56,014 nt of DNA, from positions 1-56,014 of the IMG/VR virus record IMGVR_UViG_3300024265_000059; one strand, given 5' to 3'. This document shows, one piece after another, positions 48,609 through 55,368 of the stretch. The stretch comes from a virus (lineage: Duplodnaviria; Caudoviricetes). The first letter of the stretch is position 1. Every line of letters begins with the position of its first letter. Made by a program: the position numbers and the translations under genes. The notes below the pieces were generated by a model. The model was given only the letters and a program-made list of their open reading frames with translations. It searched no databases and had not been told where the DNA came from.

Positions 48609-49697
48609 TTATTCGACATTATCCCGTTCTAATTTGTTATTGTGAGGACGAATCCTCTTCATCACATAGCTGTCGACCTTGTGATAGTGACTATCGAGTA
48701 AAGCAAACATGGCAGGCGTATGCTTGACTTTTTGTGCCTTGGCTGCAAAATCGCATCTTGGAACTCGATCCATAATTCCGCCGAATTCTTCGAAATAGAT
48801 GTCATCAAACTCCTTATGAATTTCACTATGTAATGTCTGATACTGCTTCTCTAGTACTTCAACAATACTGTTAAGAAGATCGTGGTACTCTATATCCACT
48901 TGACTCCAAACGTCTTTTGTCACTTCTCCATCTACCATGTTGTTCCACATGACTAGCGGAGTAAGGTTGCTCAACAGATGATGCCGCCTGAAATAATCTT
49001 CCGACTTGATTTTGACACGAAAGCCATTGGTAAATCTGATAACAAAACCTTCTTGCTCATTACCCGGAATGGTCTTCAATGATCCACGACACGCGCCTAA
49101 CCAATTTTGATCATAGGACTTTACGAGTGTAAAGCCGTAATCGCTGGCAAAACTTGCTACTTCGCACCAACGATATTCTTTGCCGGTGTGTCTATTATAC
49201 GCAGAAAGCAAAACCAAATCCTCACGATCTCCGTAGTCAACAACAATTTTCGTGATTGGGCATATCAATTCGAAAACTAGAGTAACCTCATCTGGGAATC
49301 CATCAAGATCGTAATTATCATCTAGAAATTTCGAAGCCCATATCGCTCCAGGACTAGTGAATGAACCGCGAGAAGCAACCTTGTGCTGACCAGCATGACG
49401 ATAAAGAGAGCCAAACCATCCATCCTCTTTTTTGAATATTCTGAACCCATCGTGCCATGGTAGATTACGCTCCTGAGTGTCTGTTCTCTCGTTCATGTTG
49501 AAGAACTTGGGGAAGGTCTGTGCCACAACCTCTCCTGTCTGGCGATTGAAGATTATACCTCTGCTGTTTATCGTAGTTTCATCCCACTGTTTGCAGTGAT
49601 TGGTGTAGTTGTAGATACGAAGATCATCAAGATCAGCACATCTCAGCACGCCTTCTGCAACCAGACGATCTCGTATTTCTATTTGTGGGTGTTTCAT
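48609..49697 (-). CDS. RNA ligase, T4 Rnl1 family
   Basis: YNY, SRGIIF, FPKFFN, motif I KEDG, ASRGSF.S, FELI.P..IVVDY, EGFVI, RVKIK..DY. Confidence 0.88.
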   Translation of the reverse strand: MKHPQIEIRDRLVAEGVLRCADLDDLRIYNYTNHCKQWDETTINSRGIIFNRQTGEVVAQTFPKFFNMNERTDTQERNLPWHDGFRIFKKEDGWFGSLYRHAGQHKVASRGSFTSPGAIWASKFLDDNYDLDGFPDEVTLVFELICPITKIVVDYGDREDLVLLSAYNRHTGKEYRWCEVASFASDYGFTLVKSYDQNWLGACRGSLKTIPGNEQEGFVIRFTNGFRVKIKSEDYFRRHHLLSNLTPLVMWNNMVDGEVTKDVWSQVDIEYHDLLNSIVEVLEKQYQTLHSEIHKEFDDIYFEEFGGIMDRVPRCDFAAKAQKVKHTPAMFALLDSHYHKVDSYVMKRIRPHNNKLERDNVE

Positions 49698-49707
49698 GTC
49701 TTTTTTC

Positions 49708-50187
49708 CTAGACTTTCCCTGAAATCAATTGGTCTATTTCTTCAATTGCGATATTCGTCATTTTCTGCAATTCTTTGTCATCGCAATCTTTGTTTTTTTT
49801 TCTGAAGTTTCTTCTGATATTTCGGACAGATACCTTGGCGTCTTCTCCAAGTTTGTTCATCTTTGAAGCAACTTCTCGTCTGGTATCTCCAGAAATAAGC
49901 GGTATGTTTACCACCACGGTTGTCTTAGAAAATTTGTACGCATCAAAACCTTGCTTCTTCAATTCTTCCTCTACCTTCGCCATTATCGATGGATCATATG
50001 GTGTTATAGATATTCTTCTGTCTTTTTGGTTGATCAAGCACAGATGTTCAAGCGGTGTCTGTTGACCACTGTAATCTATTGTCACAGTAGAAATTAGATC
50101 GTCATTGATATTGCCGCCCATTCCTTTAAGTTGATCTCTAAGAAAATCAACAGTTTTCTTCATGAGCGATCTGGTTTTTTCCATCAC
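49708..50187 (-). CDS. frr: Ribosome recycling factor (shortened)
   Basis: M.K..D.L..., I.YSGQ.TPL, I.I.PYD, IP.ISG..R, E.AKVSVRNIRR, ELQK.T...I.EID. Confidence 0.85.
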   Translation of the reverse strand: MMEKTRSLMKKTVDFLRDQLKGMGGNINDDLISTVTIDYSGQQTPLEHLCLINQKDRRISITPYDPSIMAKVEEELKKQGFDAYKFSKTTVVVNIPLISGDTRREVASKMNKLGEDAKVSVRNIRRNFRKKNKDCDDKELQKMTNIAIEEIDQLISGKV

Positions 50188-50197
50188 AAACCTCCAA

Positions 50198-50270
50198 TGG
50201 GTCGGGTGGGATTCGAACCCACGGCCCCCCGCTTAAAAGGCGGAAGCTCTGTCCACTGAGCTACCAACCC
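50198..50270 (-). tRNA. tRNA-Lys(UUU)
   Basis: TCCGC-CTTTTAA-GCGGG. Confidence 0.9.
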
Positions 50271-50273
50271 ATA

Positions 50274-50347
50274 TGGGAATGGTGAGATTCGAACTCACGA
50301 CCCGCTGGTTAAGAGCCAGCCGCTCTGATCCGCTGAGCTACATTCCC
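50274..50347 (-). tRNA. tRNA-Lys(CUU)
   Basis: GCTGG-CTCTTAA-CCAGC. Confidence 0.9.
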
Positions 50348-50350
50348 GAA

Positions 50351-50421
50351 TACCAGTGACAGGAGTCGAACCTGCGCCTCCTGATCCACAGTCAGGCGTT
50401 CTGCCGTTAAACCACACCGGC
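50351..50421 (-). tRNA. tRNA-His(GUG)
   Basis: CCTGA-CTGTGGA-TCAGG; A73, no encoded G-1. Confidence 0.88.
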
Positions 50422-50429
50422 TACGACAA

Positions 50430-50514
50430 TGGGCAGGATAGGACTCGAACCTACACGCCCTGTTAAGGGACCGGGTTTACAGCCCGGCGAGCCAGCCAAT
50501 TGCTCAACCTACCC
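50430..50514 (-). tRNA. tRNA-Tyr(GUA)
   Basis: CCGGG-CTGTAAA-CCCGG, long variable arm. Confidence 0.9.
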
Positions 50515-50739
50515 TTATGACTCAACCACCAATTGTTCTGGCATGGCCAGAAAAACACTCCCACCAGTAGAGACTATATAAACAATTTTGTTTCCGTTAC
50601 AACCTCTTGTGGAGTAATTGATCCATCCTTCGAGTATAACCGTTTTGTAACCAGGAGAATAATGTCCTGGCGCATGTTTTTGATACACGAATGATTCGCC
50701 AACAATTAATTCATCACGTTTCGCTTGTCTGTATTCCAT
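50515..50739 (-). CDS. Hypothetical protein
   Basis: 74-aa ORF filling the inter-tRNA space, GAGAG SD-like. Confidence 0.5.
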   Translation of the reverse strand: MEYRQAKRDELIVGESFVYQKHAPGHYSPGYKTVILEGWINYSTRGCNGNKIVYIVSTGGSVFLAMPEQLVVES

Positions 50740-50810
50740 GTCAACTCTCTACTGCAAAACAACTTTCGAAATCAAACCAGTTTAGTGTATGTAAGAATTC
50801 CCATGATTTT

Positions 50811-51182
50811 TTAACCTCTCTTGAGTTTATTCTGCTCGCGAATTTTTATTGATTGACGTTTCACAGCCTTCCAAACCCAATCTGGTAACCACGGATAATC
50901 GACCTGAAATTCCTCAATAAAAAACAAATATTCCGCTATCCCCTCTGCCCACATTTTAATATGAAGATTCAAATACCCCTTAGCGAGAAGTACATTCCTA
51001 AGTAAATCAGATTCTCTACAAGGAACATTCTTGCCATCTGAGTCCTTGAAAGCAAAAGCTTCTATTGCAGAGTACCCATCTTTGTGTTCATAAACAAATG
51101 GCAGTTCGCCCATCACCCGCATACGAGAGTTAACCAAAACATATAGATTAAAGTTGCGACGTACCTTGTGACCAATTTTCAT
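50811..51182 (-). CDS. Hypothetical protein
   Basis: Start moved to ATG 51182 because the longer ORF overlaps tRNA-Leu(CAA). Confidence 0.55.
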   Translation of the reverse strand: MKIGHKVRRNFNLYVLVNSRMRVMGELPFVYEHKDGYSAIEAFAFKDSDGKNVPCRESDLLRNVLLAKGYLNLHIKMWAEGIAEYLFFIEEFQVDYPWLPDWVWKAVKRQSIKIREQNKLKRG

Positions 51183-51202
51183 ACTTATACCGACTTCCTT
51201 AA

Positions 51203-51286
51203 TGCCTAAGACTGGATTCGAACCAGTACGCCCTTTCGGACACGGGTTTTTGAAACCCGCGCGTCTGCCAGTTCCGCCACATAGGC
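51203..51286 (-). tRNA. tRNA-Leu(CAA)
   Basis: CGGGT-TTCAAAA-ACCCG, long variable arm, A73. Confidence 0.9.
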
Positions 51287-51290
51287 TCAA

Positions 51291-51363
51291 TGCCCCGAAT
51301 AGGATTCGAACCTATACTGACATGGTTCTAAACCATGTTCCTCTGCCGTTGGGATACCGGGGC
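51291..51363 (-). tRNA. tRNA-Leu(UAG), short variable loop
   Basis: CATGG-TTTAGAA-CCATG, 5-nt variable loop, A73. Confidence 0.82.
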
Positions 51364-51465
51364 TCATCTCCGATCCTTACTGTTTTTCCTAACAAAATTT
51401 CGGACAGCTAAGACAAATTCGTGTTCAGTATATCTTTTGGTCACATCACACACTCACGAATAAAA

Positions 51466-51549
51466 TGCCTGCGCTGGGAGTCGAACCCAGAAACCCTTGC
51501 GGGCACGAGGGTTTAAGCCCCGCTCCTTTGCCTGTTTGGACACACAGGC
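51466..51549 (-). tRNA. tRNA-Leu(UAA)
   Basis: CGGGG-CTTAAAC-CCTCG, long variable arm, A73. Confidence 0.88.
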
Positions 51550-51557
51550 TACAACGA

Positions 51558-51758
51558 CTAAAACCAAGTTCTTTTTGTTTTCCCAGAAATCAAATCAAAA
51601 CCTTCACCACATTCATGACATTTCGTGCAATGCCAATACGTTGGATTGACCACCCAAACTGTTGGATAACAACGATGATTTCTGTGATACCACGAACATC
51701 GAAGCCATTTGTGCAAAAATCTTGTAATACGTTTCAAACAATTATCACCATATTTCAC
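51558..51758 (-). CDS. Small Cys/His-rich hypothetical protein
   Basis: GGAGG SD; C...H...C.KC pattern. Confidence 0.55.
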   Translation of the reverse strand: MKYGDNCLKRITRFLHKWLRCSWYHRNHRCYPTVWVVNPTYWHCTKCHECGEGFDLISGKTKRTWF

Positions 51759-51771
51759 AATTCACCTCCAA

Positions 51772-51844
51772 TGGAAGGGAAGGGACTCGAACCCTCGACA
51801 TCTGGCTTGCAAAGCCAGCGCTCTCCCAACTGAGCTACCCCCCC
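51772..51844 (-). tRNA. tRNA-Ala(UGC)
   Basis: CTGGC-TTTGCAA-GCCAG; G3.U70 identity pair. Confidence 0.92.
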
Positions 51845-52410
51845 TATTTATCCAATTCGATCCTTCTTTTCTTGCTGTGCCTCTTTTTCTTCTGTGACAC
51901 ATAGCCTTTTGGTATAGGCTCGTCAATTACTTTGTTTACTGCTTCGATTGCCTTTTCCATATTCTCTTTGATATCTACTGTGGTGATATCATCGACATCT
52001 ATCGTAGTTGTAACCGGAAGCATGGTGTCTTCGATTTGCTCTTTCGAAAGCCCCCGATTAGGTATCACACCACTACCAGATATTGGAATGGCATGGATAC
52101 CTGGAGAGAAAAATGGTTGTTGATGATCATTTTTGAACACCTTGAAAATCATACCATCTGGTATGTATTGACTTTCAATTATCTTGACTCCATACATTCT
52201 CATTTGTCCATCTGGATCGGCACCGCCGTTACTTCTGTGGAACATCTTCTGCACTTCATACAAATCATTGGAGCTAATCAAAAAAGCTTCTACGTTATCA
52301 AGCTGTTGACCTTGTTGCTCAATCTCTCTTATGGTATCATGAAATTGCTTACGTATTCGATGCGTAGCCGCCTCAATTTCCGGATCGGAACTATGGTACA
52401 TATCAGCCAT
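51844..52410 (-). CDS. Hypothetical protein
   Basis: Start set at ATG 52410, just after the stop of ORF 52412-52573. Confidence 0.55.
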   Translation of the reverse strand: MADMYHSSDPEIEAATHRIRKQFHDTIREIEQQGQQLDNVEAFLISSNDLYEVQKMFHRSNGGADPDGQMRMYGVKIIESQYIPDGMIFKVFKNDHQQPFFSPGIHAIPISGSGVIPNRGLSKEQIEDTMLPVTTTIDVDDITTVDIKENMEKAIEAVNKVIDEPIPKGYVSQKKKRHSKKRRIELDK

Positions 52411-52411
52411 T

Positions 52412-52573
52412 TTACCCATCCCACTGTTCGTGTAGTCTGTCATCGCAGCGAGCACATTGCCATCCACTCATGGTAGAAGATCGATTGAAATCGGTTTCCC
52501 AATTATGCATATGAAGACAGATATAATTGCATCCAGCAAACCAACAAATCATCCTACGAATCATTCTCTTCAT
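52412..52573 (-). CDS. Small Cys-rich protein (53 aa; not in the ORF track)
   Basis: GGAG SD; MKRMIRRMICWFAGC...QCARC. Confidence 0.55.
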   Translation of the reverse strand: MKRMIRRMICWFAGCNYICLHMHNWETDFNRSSTMSGWQCARCDDRLHEQWDG

Positions 52574-52586
52574 GTCTCTTCTCCAA

Positions 52587-52659
52587 CTTACCCGAAGGGA
52601 TTCGAACCCTTGACCTAGCGGTTAACAGCCGCTCGCTCTATCCCCTGAGCTACGGGCAA
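52587..52659 (-). tRNA. tRNA-Asn(GUU)
   Basis: AGCGG-CTGTTAA-CCGCT; U1-A72, G73. Confidence 0.9.
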
Positions 52660-52662
52660 GAC

Positions 52663-52735
52663 TCGGGGTGAAAGGACTCGAACCTTCAACTTCGCGGCCC
52701 CAAACCGCGCACTCTTCCAATTGAGCTACACCCCG
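52663..52735 (-). tRNA. tRNA-Pro(UGG)
   Basis: CGCGG-TTTGGGG-CCGCG; C1-G72, A73. Confidence 0.92.
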
Positions 52736-53034
52736 TTTTTCACTAACTTCAAAAAACCATCAAGCGTTGAACATGTTGAATTGACAGTACACAATTTCTC
52801 AAACTCCTGGCAATGATCATCTATCAAAACGTCAGCGATTGGTTTTACGTGAGATTCTTTATCTCTATAGTCAAATCCCATCAACTGAGCGATAACTTGG
52901 CCATCATCGTGACAAGACCAAACAATAACATGATGACCACCTTTCTTAGCCCAATCCTGAAATCTGGCAAATTGAGGATGCAAATTGCCTCTTATTATAA
53001 CTGTGTCATCAAGGTCCAGAAGGATTCGCATCAA
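52726..53034 (-). CDS. Minimal HAD-superfamily phosphatase-like protein
   Basis: ILLDLDDTVI motif I, VIVWS motif II, K...DVLIDD motif IV. Confidence 0.7.
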   Translation of the reverse strand: MMRILLDLDDTVIIRGNLHPQFARFQDWAKKGGHHVIVWSCHDDGQVIAQLMGFDYRDKESHVKPIADVLIDDHCQEFEKLCTVNSTCSTLDGFLKLVKNGV

Positions 53035-53669
53035 TCTACTCCGATTACTTCAGTTTCGATTCCACGTTTCCTAGCTTCCGTCACAATATGCTTAGTCCCT
53101 TTAGACTTACTCAGATCGTCGTGGAAGGCAATCACAAGACTCGGTTTTGTATCCAGCATCTTGATGTTCCTTCTCGGTCCTGCTGACAACCCATACTTCT
53201 TCCAAGCTGCCCAGAACGTAACAACTTCAAAACCCATATTCAAAGCAAGGTTACGAGCCATGGTATCAACACCATCGCAACCGCCCTCAACTATAATAGT
53301 ATCAGACGGAAGATCGAAAAGTCGCTTTCTTATCACCTCAACTCCATCGTGTGACCAATCTCTACTGCCGCAAATAACTACCTTCATGGTTTTCTCCAAA
53401 TATTCAGCGATCACATCTCCGTGACAAGCTTCCGGCTTACAAAAACAACCAAGCCGCTTTCCCTTCAACTCTTTTGTTCTACGTGTAAATTCAGGATCAA
53501 TTTTCAATCGATTCAGAAAATACTTGCGATAGAGTTCTATGACCTTCTTTCTACCACCATCTTGGGCAACGCTGAAAGGATTGCCGAAATATCCATCATG
53601 GCCGTTCCCCGCCCTGCCAATGTATTCATCGTATTCTTGTCGACGAATATTAACGACGGTTGTCTTCAT
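53031..53669 (-). CDS. DUF4326 + DUF2493(SLOG)-like fusion protein
   Basis: YIGR....FGNPF...LKGKRLGCFCKP.ACHGDVI; then VVICGSRDW, GG..GVD, W.KYG.SAGP.RN.KML, AFH....SKGT. Confidence 0.75.
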   Translation of the reverse strand: MKTTVVNIRRQEYDEYIGRAGNGHDGYFGNPFSVAQDGGRKKVIELYRKYFLNRLKIDPEFTRRTKELKGKRLGCFCKPEACHGDVIAEYLEKTMKVVICGSRDWSHDGVEVIRKRLFDLPSDTIIVEGGCDGVDTMARNLALNMGFEVVTFWAAWKKYGLSAGPRRNIKMLDTKPSLVIAFHDDLSKSKGTKHIVTEARKRGIETEVIGVD

Positions 53670-53685
53670 GGTCCGATATTCCTAC

Positions 53686-53710
53686 AAAAAAACTCGCGAT
53701 TTCTCGCGAG
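53686..53710 (-). terminator. Intrinsic terminator (attenuator) ahead of the DUF4326/tRNA/frr/ligase block
   Basis: CUCGCGA gaaa UCGCGAG followed by U7. Confidence 0.88.
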
Positions 53711-53743
53711 CAAAAGTCTTATCTGAAATCGTTCACAGAGAGA

Positions 53744-53833
53744 CTAGCCCGCATCACCACCAGGCGCGCGCAGATTGAGTACGGCTGGGGCTAATGGATA
53801 ATTCCGTCCGGGTTTTCTATACAAGCTTCTCAC
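53744..53833 (-). CDS. Leader peptide MRSLYRKPGRNYPLAPAVLNLRAPGGDAG (putative attenuator leader; not in the ORF track)
   Basis: AGGAGG SD 8 nt before GTG; lies between promoter and terminator. Confidence 0.7.
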   Translation of the reverse strand: MRSLYRKPGRNYPLAPAVLNLRAPGGDAG

Positions 53834-53854
53834 GATTCATTCCTCCTACATATC

Positions 53855-53883
53855 ATTATACCCCAAACCAACAGGTTTGTGCC
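53855..53883 (-). promoter_or_regulatory. Promoter GGCACAAAC-N13-GTATAAT
   Basis: Third copy of the bipartite motif. Confidence 0.72.
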
Positions 53884-53908
53884 AAGAAAAATGAAAAAAA
53901 ACTGAAAA

Positions 53909-53983
53909 TAGCGGGAGAGGGATTCGAACCCTCGACCTCCGGGTTATGAGCCCGATGGGCTAACCAAACTGCCCTACCCCGCA
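53909..53983 (-). tRNA. Initiator tRNA-fMet(CAU)
   Basis: GGG/CCC anticodon stem, loop CTCATAA, unpaired 1:72 (U/U). Confidence 0.9.
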
Positions 53984-54047
53984 TCAAGTTGCCGCTGATA
54001 CGGCTCAGCGGCCAAGCCTTTATGGTTCCCCTGCCTCTGGCAGACGA

Positions 54048-54170
54048 TTACAGAAAAAACCAACAACCGGTTCCGATAACCAAAAGAGCGGCTACGATCC
54101 ATTTCCAATACATCAAAAAATAGATCGGCCACCTGATGGGCCACGGCAAATCATCAATTGACCAACTCAT
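54048..54170 (-). CDS. Small membrane protein (40 aa; not in the ORF track)
   Basis: GGAGG SD; MSWSIDDLPWPIRWPIYFLMYWKWIVAALLVIGTGCWFFL. Confidence 0.55.
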   Translation of the reverse strand: MSWSIDDLPWPIRWPIYFLMYWKWIVAALLVIGTGCWFFL

Positions 54171-54252
54171 CCTTTACCTCCTAATCGTTCTTCCATCCGC
54201 CCTCTGGGGCGTGTGATCGTCCTTATCAGACCTTCACAGTGGCATTTGTCAC

Positions 54253-54573
54253 TCATTTCGATTCGTCCCCTTTCATGTGCTTGAACATCTCGATCTCGGC
54301 CAATCTCTTATCGGCTCCCTTGCGAGTCTCAAAACAGCCAAGCTTTTTGCCCTTCTTGCTGTATATGCAGTACGGCTTACTTTTCGTGCCATCCTTACGG
54401 ATCACAGCTTTTGCTGATTCCAATGCATCTTCCGTCGCCTTCTCAAGTTCTTCATTCCAGTCAGTCACAGGACCACCTGCCTTTTGTCGTCTTGCCAGAA
54501 TCTCTTTTATCGATAGATAATACTTGTACGGCCTCTTGCCTCTTCTCTCTGCGTGCGTATGCCTTGTGCTCAT
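54253..54573 (-). CDS. Hypothetical basic protein
   Basis: VIRK...YCIYSKKGKKLGC..T...A.KRL..IE.FKH. Confidence 0.6.
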   Translation of the reverse strand: MSTRHTHAERRGKRPYKYYLSIKEILARRQKAGGPVTDWNEELEKATEDALESAKAVIRKDGTKSKPYCIYSKKGKKLGCFETRKGADKRLAEIEMFKHMKGDESK

Positions 54574-55007
54574 ATGACATAGTCTACGACATAGTCGTCT
54601 TGTATGCTCTTGAAAATATCGATTACGATACGATCGGGCATAAACAACACCTTGTCTCTCATTTGGACTTCTTTGACAAGAAACGGGGCGTCGAAAACCA
54701 AACCACCAAGCATGTATCCCGATTGGACGGCTTGTTCGTATGTGTCGAAGAAGCCATGCGAAGCCCTTCCCTTAACTAGGACGAATTTCCCAGCATGTTT
54801 TTCAAACCACCACATTCGATTTTCTTCAAAAAACTTCAGTTCTGTCCCAAGAACAGACAGAGCACATCTTTTCTTGTGCTCGCTAATTGAGGAAACTGGT
54901 ATCTTCAGGAAACAAAAGTGACACTTTATACAGCATGGCCCCATGTGTCTAGTCTCCATCCCATCTTGGTTTCTGTGGCAATCGCATCGGCATTCTTCGC
55001 TTCCCAT
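54570..55007 (-). CDS. Hypothetical protein (Cys-rich N-terminus; DUF5678-like C-terminus)
   Basis: FF..N...L/F..H.GKFVLVKG....GFFDT...A. Confidence 0.55.
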   Translation of the reverse strand: MGSEECRCDCHRNQDGMETRHMGPCCIKCHFCFLKIPVSSISEHKKRCALSVLGTELKFFEENRMWWFEKHAGKFVLVKGRASHGFFDTYEQAVQSGYMLGGLVFDAPFLVKEVQMRDKVLFMPDRIVIDIFKSIQDDYVVDYVI

Positions 55008-55086
55008 ATCATATACCTCTCAGACTACAAGCAGGACGACAAAAGTCAGCAGCGGCCACTACAAGAGGAATTAGGCCCATTACAGA

Positions 55087-55368
55087 TCATCTTACGCAAT
55101 TGCACAATTGCTGTCCTTCTGATGGTGATGGTTTTCCGCAAAGCCTACAATATTCTGGTTCGTCTAAGCCTTCTTCTGAGTATCTAAGACAGAAACTACA
55201 AGGTGGAGATATATGACACGAACAACAATCATCGTTCCATCTTAAATCCACGCAGGCTATGGCGTCAGCATAATCGTTACTTGATGAGCCAACTGCACTA
55301 CGACAATCGCATTGAACAACGGAAGTAAATAACTGTATTTTTCCAGTGTCTCTGCAATCTTTACACAT
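55087..55368 (-). CDS. Cys-rich Zn-binding hypothetical protein
   Basis: CKDC..TG...C.C; CSCHISPPCSFC; CRLC...C..C. Confidence 0.55.
   Translation of the reverse strand: MCKDCRDTGKIQLFTSVVQCDCRSAVGSSSNDYADAIACVDLRWNDDCCSCHISPPCSFCLRYSEEGLDEPEYCRLCGKPSPSEGQQLCNCVR

Noticed and set aside
48032-51363. Suppressor or selenocysteine tRNAs (anticodons written TGA, TAG, TAA)
   Set aside because: These anticodons read UCA, CUA and UUA; suppressors would have TCA, CTA or TTA.
47643-51897. ORF-track entries overlapping tRNAs (47743-47988, 47940-48215, 48358-48645, 51202-51411, 51465-51833 and the 5' extensions of 48190-48381 and 50811-51290)
   Set aside because: Spurious frames running through tRNA genes.
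53817-53840. Alternative leader ORF MNREKLV from ATG 53840
   Set aside because: AGGAGG lies only 1 nt from this ATG; the GTG at 53833 has 8-nt spacing.
53740-53850. T-box riboswitch explanation for the 53.7-kb leader (contains GGUGGUGAUGCG)
   Set aside because: Lacks the UGGNACC bulge and a recognisable Stem I/specifier loop; a strong SD + ORF fits translation-coupled attenuation better. An Infernal search would settle it.
55010-55085. Possible structured RNA in the intergenic gap
   Set aside because: Only weak, short pairings and no recognisable family motif.
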